A DNA stretch of 53,702 nucleotides from Chlamydiia bacterium. Its GTDB lineage: Bacteria > Chlamydiota > Chlamydiia > Chlamydiales > JAYUZV01. This document shows, piece after piece, positions 1 to 8,497 of this stretch. A program made the position numbers and the translations under genes. The stretch covers positions 1 through 53,702 of the forward strand of contig JAYUZV010000011.1 in the NCBI GenBank assembly GCA_043751475.1. The letters are read 5' to 3'. Within the stretch, counting starts at the first letter, position 1, and each line of letters starts with the position of its first letter. Below the pieces are notes generated by a model that was not told where the DNA came from, ran no database searches, and saw only the letters and a program-made list of their open reading frames with translations.

Positions 1-137
1 CTGCTTTGGCGCCTCTTTTTATACTCAGATTTGCGACTCAAATTTTAACTGGTAGCGACTCTAATTTTTCCTCCTCTTTATTCTTTATCTCCTTTCGTAT
101 ATAATGAAGCGTGAAAAATATGTAAAAAGAGAATATT

Positions 138-2243
138 ATGAGTAAAGCATTAGAAAAAGTTTCAGAACCATTACAAGAACAAATTAAACTTTATCTTGAT
201 GGTGACGAAGAATTACAAAATATAACTGCCAGTGCCGTTAAAACCTATACAAGGGGACACTGTGGTCTATTTTTGTGCGATCTGATTGTCCGTATTTGGA
301 ATCTTTTTCTTATTTTGGTAAGAGTAGTAACCTGCGGATGTACTCCTGGCTCAAAGTGGCAGCGTGCTTGCCGTAAGCTTGAGGAGTCTGGCAGATTAAA
401 AAATGGGAGGAATCCAAGCGATCTTTTACGGATCTGTATTAGTTTAAACCGTAAAGAAAATAGTGGAAATAGCGATAGACTAAAAGTGCGATTTGCCGAA
501 TACTTTGCGCCACCCGCTGTAGCACGCGGGAGTTTAGCCGAGAGCGCCAAAGCGCTTGCCATGGCTAATATGAGCGGTGAGGAAATTCAGAGTCTAACAA
601 ACATGGCAAACTCCGCTGTCGGAAAATATAAAACTGCTAACGACTTTTTAACCAGCGCTCTTGAGATAGCCGACGCCTTAAAAGCAAATGTGGTAAACCG
701 TCCCGAAACAGCCCAAGCAAAAGCTGCTTTCCAAGCACTTTCTGAGCACCCGCTTGCTGCAATGGTTACTGCTTCTCTCACCAACGCCTGGACAGCCGCT
801 ACGGCAAAACCCGGCGAGGGCGATGTTACTTTTGTTCAAAGAGGTGAACAAGCTATTACAGCTCATGCTGACCGCCAAGAATTACTTACGTATTTAGTCG
901 GTACAAAGAACGAGTGCTTCTTGACACCTCAAGAATTTGTACGCCTTACCAGAATTAGCCAAGAGATTAATAAATTAATAATCGCATTATCACCACAAAA
1001 CGATAAAAAAGAATTAGGAGAGGAAGAGCTCTCAAAATTAAGTGTCCAATTAACTAAAAAAGTGGACGAGTTGATTGCGCTATTTGACAATAGATATCCT
1101 GATCAATCTGAAGAATCCGTAAAACTACTCGCGCTTGGCCAGCAGTTGCTTCTCGTTAAGTCACAAGAAACCATAGGCCCATCAACTACCGAAGCTGAAA
1201 CGGATGCCGAAAAAACAGAAGAGCCTAAGCCGAAGACCCTTCCGCTTAACCAGCAGTTAGCCAAAGCTGCTGATGAGTTAATTTCTCTAGTTAATCAAAA
1301 CACTACGACTCTCTCACCTACAGAAATGGCAAAGCTTGCTTTACTTAACAAGCAGCTGAATGGGGTAGAGGCTTGGATAGATGTTATTGCAAGGGTGGAC
1401 CAGAAAGATAGAATGGATAGCCTGCAACTGCTTCAGCTCATCCAAGAGGATCACCCCTTTGTTCTGCCTATTGTCCTCACCTTCTCGCCAAATATGCAGC
1501 TCGAGTTTGTTAAAGAGATGGTGCGCCTAACAGATGGCAAGGCCTTCGCCTCTACGCTAGAATCTCTTGCCAGAACAGGCAAAAACTTCCTTTGGGGCTT
1601 ATTCTCACCAGAAGTACAAGCGGCTGCTACCATTGCACCAGGGATTCTTCCTAAAGTAGATACGCTTTTAAACAGTTTCCTTTCCGCCACAACCGCTGCC
1701 GCGACTACTGTAGCTATGCCAGTGATAACTGTATCTGCAACTGACGCAGCTGGTTCATCTTCACCCCCACCTCCGGAACCGAAAGGAGCTGGGTGGACTG
1801 GAATGTTCACGCCTGGCGCCGTAAAGGATATAGGTGCAGTTGCTGCGCAGGCTAACGCGCTGATGCCTCAGATTACTGCCACGAGTGGTGCTTTAAGAGC
1901 CGCTATAGCTGCCCTTGCACCTCGAGCGGCAGCGGCTACTCCTCCGGCAGCTGAGCCTACGAAAAAAGCTGAGGTGTTAGAGGCGTTATTTGGCAAACTA
2001 AAAGAGAAGACTCAGCTAGAGCAAGAAAGCGCTCTACAAGAGATCATCTTAGCGCAAACAATTGCGCAGATAAAACAACATTCTCAAGGACAGATAACCA
2101 TTCATACTACGAAAGCAGGAGAGCCGGCTATGAACGAGAGAATTGTACAAGCTGCAAAACACTTGATTGACGCCCCTGTAGGTGAAGACCGCAATCCGGG
2201 GGTCTCGCAGAGACTAGCCGGAACACTGATGGATTCCGTATAA
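138..2243 (+). CDS. Hypothetical Ala/Pro-rich protein, with a short N-terminal hydrophobic segment and a C-terminal PPPPEP/Ala-rich region
   Basis: Long uninterrupted ORF (701 aa) followed by an intrinsic terminator at 2276..2304. I recognise no catalytic motif. The antisense ORFs inside it are short shadow ORFs. Confidence 0.6.
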   Translation: MSKALEKVSEPLQEQIKLYLDGDEELQNITASAVKTYTRGHCGLFLCDLIVRIWNLFLILVRVVTCGCTPGSKWQRACRKLEESGRLKNGRNPSDLLRICISLNRKENSGNSDRLKVRFAEYFAPPAVARGSLAESAKALAMANMSGEEIQSLTNMANSAVGKYKTANDFLTSALEIADALKANVVNRPETAQAKAAFQALSEHPLAAMVTASLTNAWTAATAKPGEGDVTFVQRGEQAITAHADRQELLTYLVGTKNECFLTPQEFVRLTRISQEINKLIIALSPQNDKKELGEEELSKLSVQLTKKVDELIALFDNRYPDQSEESVKLLALGQQLLLVKSQETIGPSTTEAETDAEKTEEPKPKTLPLNQQLAKAADELISLVNQNTTTLSPTEMAKLALLNKQLNGVEAWIDVIARVDQKDRMDSLQLLQLIQEDHPFVLPIVLTFSPNMQLEFVKEMVRLTDGKAFASTLESLARTGKNFLWGLFSPEVQAAATIAPGILPKVDTLLNSFLSATTAAATTVAMPVITVSATDAAGSSSPPPPEPKGAGWTGMFTPGAVKDIGAVAAQANALMPQITATSGALRAAIAALAPRAAAATPPAAEPTKKAEVLEALFGKLKEKTQLEQESALQEIILAQTIAQIKQHSQGQITIHTTKAGEPAMNERIVQAAKHLIDAPVGEDRNPGVSQRLAGTLMDSV

Positions 2244-2275
2244 AGGTAGATTTATTTTGAGGGCTTAAGTTACTG

Positions 2276-2304
2276 TAACTCCTCGGCTACGAGGAGTTAT
2301 TTTT
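2276..2304 (+). terminator. Rho-independent terminator of the 138..2243 gene; its 3' arm contains the GGAG that precedes the next start codon
   Basis: 10-bp perfect stem taactcctcg/cgaggagtta (2276..2285 and 2290..2299), loop gcta, then a T5 run at 2300..2304 that abuts the ATG at 2305. Confidence 0.7.
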
Positions 2305-3798
2305 ATGTTCTGTCATGTGCAATCGGCAGCTTTTGTCGGAATTGAGGCGCTTGCTGTCCATGTCGAGGCCGACGTGCGGCGGTCAGAAAAGTTACAGCTG
2401 ATTATTATTGGCCTACCGGACAGTGCCGTGCGCGAATCGAAGGACCGTGTCCTCTCTGCTCTGCAAAATAGCGGCATGGGCCTCTCAAATGTACAAGCGA
2501 CAATTAACTTAGCTCCCGGAGATCTGCGGAAAGAGGGGTCACTCTATGACTTGCCTATCGCGCTAGCACTCCTTGTCGCTAATGGAAAATTGAAGAGCAT
2601 CGACGACTACCTCTGCATCGGTGAACTTTCTCTATCAGGCCACCTCCGTCCCTTGCGCGGAGGTCTTGCTGTGGCTCTGCTTGCCAAACGCCTCGGCAAA
2701 AAAGGGGTTATTATGCCAAAAGAAGCAGCCGCAGCTGCCGCAATTGTTCCGGGCATTGCACTTTTTGGGGTAAGCTCTCTAACAGAAGCTGTCCATTTCC
2801 TGAACGGCCAGAGGCAAATTTCGCCGGAAAAAGAGATCTCCGTCTTAGAAAAGGAAGGGAAACCCGAGGTCAATTTTGCCGATGTAAAGGGACAGGCGCA
2901 TGTGAAGCGCGCCCTTGAAATTGCGGCAGCTGGAGGCCATAATGTTCTGCTTTATGGGCCACCTGGCTCTGGCAAAAGTCTACTTGCCAAGGCGCTGTGC
3001 GGAATACTTCCCGAAATGACCCTCGAGGAGGCCCTTGAAATTAGCCAGATCCACTCCTTTTCAAAAGGTGAGTCAGGTGGCGGCAACATTGTTAATCAGC
3101 GCCCATTTAGATCGCCCCACCACAGCACCTCCTTTGTCGGTTTAATCGGCGGTGGGAGCCACCCAAAGCCTGGAGAGATCACCCTGGCACATAGAGGTGT
3201 CTTATTCCTGGACGAGCTCCCCGAATTTTCGCGCGTCACGCTTGAGTCGCTCCGCCAGCCTCTGGAGGATGGACGCGTCTCAATTGTGCGCGCTGCGGGC
3301 AAGCTATCCTTTCCGTGCCGCGCCCTCCTAATTGCAGCCATGAACCCCTGCCCTTGTGGATATCTTGGCCATCCGACAAAAGCGTGTAGCGACACGGCGT
3401 TGCAAACAGCGCGCTACCGCAGCAAAATTTCGGGCCCCATGCTGGACAGATTTGACATGCATATCGAGGTGCCAGCACAAAAGATGGAAAAGTTGCTAGC
3501 AGATGAGCAGTCAGAGTGTAGCAGCACTATAAGGCAGCGTGTATCAAAGGCACGCAAGGTGCAGCTAGCCCGTAGCGGCAAGAGCAATAGCGAATTGCAG
3601 CCAGCGGCGCTGAAAGAGGTGTGCGCCATCACGCGATCTAGCAAAGAGCTACTAGAGCAAGCAAGCGCACAGATGAACCTCTCGGCGCGCGCCATTCACC
3701 GCATAATCAAGGTGGGTAGAACCATTGCCGACCTTGAGGGTAGCAAGGATATCACGGATGAGCACCTGATGGAGGCCCTCACCTACCGCCAGCTCTAA
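2305..3798 (+). CDS. comM: YifB/ComM-family Mg-chelatase-like AAA+ ATPase
   Basis: N-terminal Lon-protease-like region (SAAFVGIEA...DLPIALALL), Walker A GPPGSGKS, Walker B VLFLDELPEF, C-terminal ChlI-like region; 497 aa is the typical length. Confidence 0.9.
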   Translation: MFCHVQSAAFVGIEALAVHVEADVRRSEKLQLIIIGLPDSAVRESKDRVLSALQNSGMGLSNVQATINLAPGDLRKEGSLYDLPIALALLVANGKLKSIDDYLCIGELSLSGHLRPLRGGLAVALLAKRLGKKGVIMPKEAAAAAAIVPGIALFGVSSLTEAVHFLNGQRQISPEKEISVLEKEGKPEVNFADVKGQAHVKRALEIAAAGGHNVLLYGPPGSGKSLLAKALCGILPEMTLEEALEISQIHSFSKGESGGGNIVNQRPFRSPHHSTSFVGLIGGGSHPKPGEITLAHRGVLFLDELPEFSRVTLESLRQPLEDGRVSIVRAAGKLSFPCRALLIAAMNPCPCGYLGHPTKACSDTALQTARYRSKISGPMLDRFDMHIEVPAQKMEKLLADEQSECSSTIRQRVSKARKVQLARSGKSNSELQPAALKEVCAITRSSKELLEQASAQMNLSARAIHRIIKVGRTIADLEGSKDITDEHLMEALTYRQL

Positions 3799-3805
3799 AA
3801 AAAAA

Positions 3806-4105
3806 AGAGCAAGAAAGAAAATTGGCACGGATAACAGGATATTCAGGATAAGAAAGAAAGGATAAGGGGTAAGGGGGAGGATAAATGAAAAAACACGGTT
3901 TTTTCATTTGTTCCTCGGATTTCGCAGTCGAAATCCCGCTCCTCCGGAGAGGCGAATCTCTCTGCAGCTTACTCAGACTTAGAAATAAATAGTGGTTTAC
4001 TACTTAATTAATTATTTTTTTCTTATCCTCTTACTTATCCTGAATATCCTGTTATCCGTGCCAATTTTTCTTTCTTGCTTATCTTTCTTATCCTGCTACC
4101 CATCA
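3806..4105 (+). repeat. Palindromic intergenic element R1 (variant-A arms plus conserved core in + orientation)
   Basis: Left arm gcaagaaagaaaattggcacggataacaggatattcaggataag (3809..3852). Its reverse complement lies at 4034..4078, identical except for one extra T. The core lies at 3873..3967. The element sits between the convergent stop codons of comM (3798) and pssA (4116). Confidence 0.9.
3873..3967 (+). other. Conserved core module of the repeat family (copy 1 of 5): GGAGG, then ATG, hairpin A, hairpin B, GCTCCTCCGGA, then CTCTCTGCAG
   Basis: Hairpin A at 3883..3909 (aaatgaaaaaa / ttttttcattt). Hairpin B at 3917..3936 (ggatttcg cagt cgaaatcc). The same module is found at 15684..15780(-), 17559..17659(+), 38855..38951(+) and 40837..40935(-). 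Confidence 0.85.
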
Positions 4106-4115
4106 TCCAATCTTG

Positions 4116-4964
4116 CTACTCGTCCTCATCATCTTCGGGCTCAAAGTCCTCAAGCGTTTTAGACTTGCGGCCAGCAATGAGGCGAATAAGCGAGAGGGTC
4201 CACGCAAGAATCAGGTAAGACCAGGCCAGACCAAAGAAAACGACAGGAAAGAAATGAACAGCACCGTAAAGAAGAAACAAGCTGATAAGAACGGTGAAAA
4301 AGACAAGCTGAAAGGCGGGAACTTTGCGCAGGGAGATGGTTTTTAAGCTGGGAAACTTCCAGGGGCTCACCATAAAGTAGCCAAGCACCAGCATAACAGC
4401 CGATAGTATTAGTGCAATTGTCTGATTTGTAAGGTTTAAAAAAGAGACAAAGGGCGAGTTAAGAATGAGGATAGCCGAAATGGCAGAGAGAGCGCCAGCG
4501 TCAATTGGCAGCCCTGTAAAATTCTTCTTCTGGGCAGATTCGGCGGCATCGTCTCCTTTTGCAGCTGTGGCGGTCACATTATAGCGGACAAGGCGCAAAA
4601 TGGCGCAAATGGAAAAGAGCATGGCGCTACTCATCACAAGAAGCGCTAGAGGTGTTTTAGGTTGCAATTCAAGTGAGCGAATCAGTAGGACAGAGGGGGC
4701 CACGCCAAATGAGACCGCATCGGCAAGAGAGTCGAAGACCAGACCAAACTCGCTCTCGGCGTGCATAATGCGCGCAACAGCGCCGTCGAGCAAATCGGCA
4801 AGGGCTGCAATTAGCAAAAAAATCACACAGCTCTGCAGAATTTCGTAGGTGCCTATGGCTCCTTCCACATTCCGATCGAGCATCGTGATTTTAAAAATCA
4901 CAAAAAGACCACATGCCAGGCCAAAGGCAGTGATGGTGTTGGGAATTAGGTAGATTTTTTTCAT
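4116..4964 (-). CDS. pssA: CDP-alcohol phosphatidyltransferase, probably CDP-diacylglycerol--serine O-phosphatidyltransferase
   Basis: Motif D-x2-DG-x2-AR-x8-G-x3-D-x3-D, read as ADLLDGAVARIMHAESEFGLVFDSLADAV. The profile shows multiple transmembrane helices. Confidence 0.8.
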   Translation of the reverse strand: MKKIYLIPNTITAFGLACGLFVIFKITMLDRNVEGAIGTYEILQSCVIFLLIAALADLLDGAVARIMHAESEFGLVFDSLADAVSFGVAPSVLLIRSLELQPKTPLALLVMSSAMLFSICAILRLVRYNVTATAAKGDDAAESAQKKNFTGLPIDAGALSAISAILILNSPFVSFLNLTNQTIALILSAVMLVLGYFMVSPWKFPSLKTISLRKVPAFQLVFFTVLISLFLLYGAVHFFPVVFFGLAWSYLILAWTLSLIRLIAGRKSKTLEDFEPEDDEDE

Positions 4965-5139
4965 AGCGTACTCCGTAAAAGAACAGCTTAATCATACACC
5001 AAAGAGCAAAAAATAGGCGAGAGAGCAGCACAAAATTCTTCTCATGATTTTTTTTGGAGGGCTAATCCGATGGCATCCAAACGGCTAGCGAATTCAAAAA
5101 AATAAAACGCATTTTCTGTCTGGACGAAATCTCTGTGTA

Positions 5140-5188
5140 ACACTATATATTGTGTAAGAGAAGAAAATAAGAGCACAAGATCTAGTAT
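5140..5188 (+). promoter_or_regulatory. Tandem NrdR boxes upstream of nrdA
   Basis: Box 1, acactatatattgtgt (5140..5155), fits the published 16-bp palindrome acaCwAtATaTwGtgt at every position. Box 2, gcacaagatctagtat (5173..5188), matches about 12/16. The centre-to-centre spacing is 33 bp. The boxes lie 59 to 107 bp upstream of the nrdA ATG. Confidence 0.7.
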
Positions 5189-5246
5189 TTCCTCCTTATT
5201 CTACTGATTACAAGTGCGAAAGAAAAAGAGTTAAAAAAGTAAGCGG

Positions 5247-8200
5247 ATGGACCCTATGTCAAATCAAAGAGCAGATAATAGTAATAGCAGTACAATTGAA
5301 AGAAACTTGGAGTTCACCATTGTTAAACGCAATGGATCGCTTGTCCCCTTTCGGAAAGAGCGAATCGTGATTGCCCTTGAAGCAGCTTTTAAAGAAGCGA
5401 AGAAAATTGAGATGTTAAGTGCTCTTCCATCCGATATCCAGAAAAGTGTCCACCATGTGGCCGAATGCATCATCGATCAGCTACTTGAGCTTGCAGAGAG
5501 CAGCTCATCTGTTACAGTTGAAGGTGTCCAAGATCTAGTTGAATCGACACTTATGCGCGAGCAGTACCACGATGTTGCCAGATGCTATATCATCTACCGC
5601 GATAAGCATAAAGCTCTTCGAGAAGATTCTCCGCGTAACCTGCGCGTGCTGCGCGCCGATGGCTCGCAAGTGCGTTTTAACCCAATTAAAATTGCCTCAT
5701 CTCTTGAGGAGGGTTTTTTACATGCCCAAGAACTCGACGGTTATAGCAGTGATACAATTGTTGAGCTTGTAAACAATTTAACCAAAGAAATTGTCGAGCA
5801 GGTAATGGCCCTTAATAAAGAGAGCAGCGCCCTGACAACTGAACTACTTGAAAATTTAAGCGAAAAAGCCTTAATGCAATCTGGCCACTTTAATGTTGCC
5901 AAGTACTTTATACTTAAGCGCTCAGATGGCGGAAGCAGACCTAATTTCAGCAGATCCTCTAAAAAAGATAAGGTCAGTGGTGACAGATCTTTCAGAGTGG
6001 CTTATCCAGATGGTTCATTCCACCTCATCTCCGAAAAAACAATTGCAGCGCAGATGCGCTTTGCCTGCCGCGGACTTGAGTCGACTACATCTCCGGAACA
6101 GCTCGTTGCCGCCTCTGTCATGAACTTCTACGAAGGAATAAAGAGTAGCGAAATCGATTTAGCCAATATTATGGCCGCACGCGCTAAAATTGAGATTGAA
6201 CCAGCCTATTCGAAAGTTGCGGCAAGACTCTTACTCGATGTGACCTATCGAGAAGCTTTTGAGCGAGGAGCGTCAGACCCTAACCTCGATAGCGCCTACC
6301 GCAAATACTTTAAAAAGTATATCGCTCACGGGGTGACAATCGATAGACTCTCCCCTCTGCTGCTTGAATTTGATTTAGACAAACTTGCACAAGCACTTGT
6401 GCCCGAGCGCGACGACAAGTTTGCCTACCTAGGACTTCAAACCCTCTACGACCGCTACTTTATTCATGAAAATGATAGACGTCTTGAAACCCCTCAAATC
6501 CTCTGGATGCGCGTTGCTATGGGTCTTGCACTTGAAGAGACAAACCGCACAGAGAGAGCGATCGAATTCTACAACATCCTCTCAACATTCCTCTTCACCT
6601 CTGCAACCCCGACACTATTTAATGCGGGAACAACCCACTCGCAGCTCTCCTCTTGCTACCTCTCGACCATTGAAGATGACCTCGCCCATATTTTCAAAGT
6701 GATTTCCGACGACGCGCAGCTCTCGAAATGGGCTGGGGGGCTCGGTAATGATTGGACAAATGTCCGCTCAACTGGCGCTCGCATTAAGGGAACAAATGGC
6801 CGATCTCAAGGCGTTGTTCCGTTTATGAAAGTGGCAAATGACACAGCCGTAGCAGTTAACCAAGGCGGCAAGCGCAAAGGAGCTATGTGCGCCTACCTAG
6901 AAACATGGCACCTGGACATTGAAGATTTCCTTGAACTGCGTAAAAACACCGGTGATGAGCGCCGCAGAACCCATGACATGAATACTGCAAACTGGATTCC
7001 CGACCTATTCATGAAGCGCGTGCTACAAAATGGCAACTGGACCCTATTTAGCCCAAGCGATGTGCCAGACCTCCACCATCTTTACGGCAGCGCCTTTGAA
7101 GAGCGCTACGAGCAGTACGAGCAGATGGTGCGCGATGGCAAAATAGGACTATTTAAAGAGATTGAGGCGATGACTCTCTGGCGCAAGATGCTTAGCATGC
7201 TCTTTGAAACTGGCCATCCATGGATCACCTTCAAAGATCCATCTAACGTCCGCTCGCCACAAGATCACGTCGGCGTTGTACACAGCTCGAACCTGTGCAC
7301 CGAGATTTTGCTGAACACATCAAAAGAAGAAACCGCTGTTTGCAACCTAGGATCGATTAACTTAGCAGCACACACAACAGCCGATGGTCTGGACGAGGAG
7401 CTGCTTGCAAAAACTGTTAAAACAGCCATGCGGATGCTAGACAATGTCGTCGACATCAACTTCTACCCAACTGCCGAAACAAAAGTGTCTAACTCGCTCC
7501 ACAGACCGATCGGCCTTGGTCTGATGGGCTTCCAAGATGCCCTTTATATTCAGAATATTAGCTATGCCAGCCACGAAGCTGTCGCCTTTGCCGACAAGAG
7601 TATGGAGCTGATCTCCTACCACGCAATTTTAGGCTCATCCCAGCTTGCTGCTGAGCGCGGAACCTACCCTAGCTACAAGGGCTCGAAGTGGGACCGCGGG
7701 CTACTTCCCATCGACACAATCGACCTGCTTGAACAGGAGCGCGGAATGTCTATTGAAATGGACAAGTCACAGATACTAGACTGGAATATTGTCCGTGCAG
7801 CTGTAAAAGCAAATGGAATGCGTAACAGCAACACAATGGCTATTGCGCCGACAGCGACCATTGCCAATATTACCGATGTAACCCAGTCAATTGAGCCGAT
7901 GTACAAACACCTCTTTGTTAAATCAAACCTCTCTGGCGAATTCACCATACCCAACCCTTATCTAATTGAAAGACTTAAGGCTGAAAAGCTGTGGGATGCC
8001 GAAATGCTTGATGACCTGAAATATTTTGACGGTTCTATCCAAGAGATTGAGCGTATTCCAGAATCGATCAAGCGCGTATTCTTGACATCGTTTGACATTG
8101 AGCCTGAGTGGATTATTGAGTGCGCCTCACGTCGCCAGAAGTGGATTGACATGGGAGAGTCCCTCAACCTCTACCTAAAAGAGCCAAATGGTAAAAAGTT

Positions 8201-8435
8201 ACACAACATGTATATGCTGGCCTGGCAAAAAGGACTTAAGACAACCTACTACCTGCGCAGCCTTGCCGCTACACAGATTGAAAAATCGACAACTGACACC
8301 AACAAGCGCGGGCTGCAACCGCGCTGGATGAAGAGCCGTTCGGCCTCTAGCAACATCACCGTTAATCGCGAGCAGATAATAACCGCCAAACCCCAGGCGT
8401 GCACCCTCGGCGAGGCTTGTGAGAGTTGCCAATAG
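5247..8435 (+). CDS. nrdA: Ribonucleoside-diphosphate reductase alpha subunit (class I) with an extended N-terminus of three ATP-cone-like repeats
   Basis: Catalytic-core motifs ([20 protein letters not shown], and the C-terminal Cys pair CESC). ATP-cone-like segments [30 protein letters not shown] and [14 protein letters not shown]. Confidence 0.95.
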   Translation: MDPMSNQRADNSNSSTIERNLEFTIVKRNGSLVPFRKERIVIALEAAFKEAKKIEMLSALPSDIQKSVHHVAECIIDQLLELAESSSSVTVEGVQDLVESTLMREQYHDVARCYIIYRDKHKALREDSPRNLRVLRADGSQVRFNPIKIASSLEEGFLHAQELDGYSSDTIVELVNNLTKEIVEQVMALNKESSALTTELLENLSEKALMQSGHFNVAKYFILKRSDGGSRPNFSRSSKKDKVSGDRSFRVAYPDGSFHLISEKTIAAQMRFACRGLESTTSPEQLVAASVMNFYEGIKSSEIDLANIMAARAKIEIEPAYSKVAARLLLDVTYREAFERGASDPNLDSAYRKYFKKYIAHGVTIDRLSPLLLEFDLDKLAQALVPERDDKFAYLGLQTLYDRYFIHENDRRLETPQILWMRVAMGLALEETNRTERAIEFYNILSTFLFTSATPTLFNAGTTHSQLSSCYLSTIEDDLAHIFKVISDDAQLSKWAGGLGNDWTNVRSTGARIKGTNGRSQGVVPFMKVANDTAVAVNQGGKRKGAMCAYLETWHLDIEDFLELRKNTGDERRRTHDMNTANWIPDLFMKRVLQNGNWTLFSPSDVPDLHHLYGSAFEERYEQYEQMVRDGKIGLFKEIEAMTLWRKMLSMLFETGHPWITFKDPSNVRSPQDHVGVVHSSNLCTEILLNTSKEETAVCNLGSINLAAHTTADGLDEELLAKTVKTAMRMLDNVVDINFYPTAETKVSNSLHRPIGLGLMGFQDALYIQNISYASHEAVAFADKSMELISYHAILGSSQLAAERGTYPSYKGSKWDRGLLPIDTIDLLEQERGMSIEMDKSQILDWNIVRAAVKANGMRNSNTMAIAPTATIANITDVTQSIEPMYKHLFVKSNLSGEFTIPNPYLIERLKAEKLWDAEMLDDLKYFDGSIQEIERIPESIKRVFLTSFDIEPEWIIECASRRQKWIDMGESLNLYLKEPNGKKLHNMYMLAWQKGLKTTYYLRSLAATQIEKSTTDTNKRGLQPRWMKSRSASSNITVNREQIITAKPQACTLGEACESCQ

Positions 8436-8497
8436 ATTGGTTTATCAACGCTTGTCAGAAAAACAGTATTTATAGAGAAATAATAGGAGAGATGTAA

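Noticed and set aside
1-137. The pyrimidine-rich stretch ttcctcctctttattctttatctcctttc near the window start as the right arm of another repeat element cut by the window edge.
   Set aside because: The resemblance is compositional only. The diagnostic cttatcctg / ttatccgtgcc motifs are absent, and the left half would lie outside the window, so this cannot be supported.
3821-3840. The ttatccgtg / cacggataa motif in variant-A arms as DnaA boxes, which would make this a replication origin.
   Set aside because: It differs from the TTATCCACA consensus at the last three positions. The copies are scattered over the window and not clustered near dnaA or dnaN or an AT-rich unwinding element.
3917-3950. 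The core segment gtcgaaatcccgctcctccgga as a tRNA 3' fragment (T-arm plus acceptor), which would mark an integrase attachment site.
   Set aside because: The hairpin has an 8-9 bp stem with 4-7 nt loops of variable sequence, not a 5-bp T-stem with a conserved 7-nt TTCRANY loop. No CCA or acceptor pairing partner is present, and no integrase gene is nearby.
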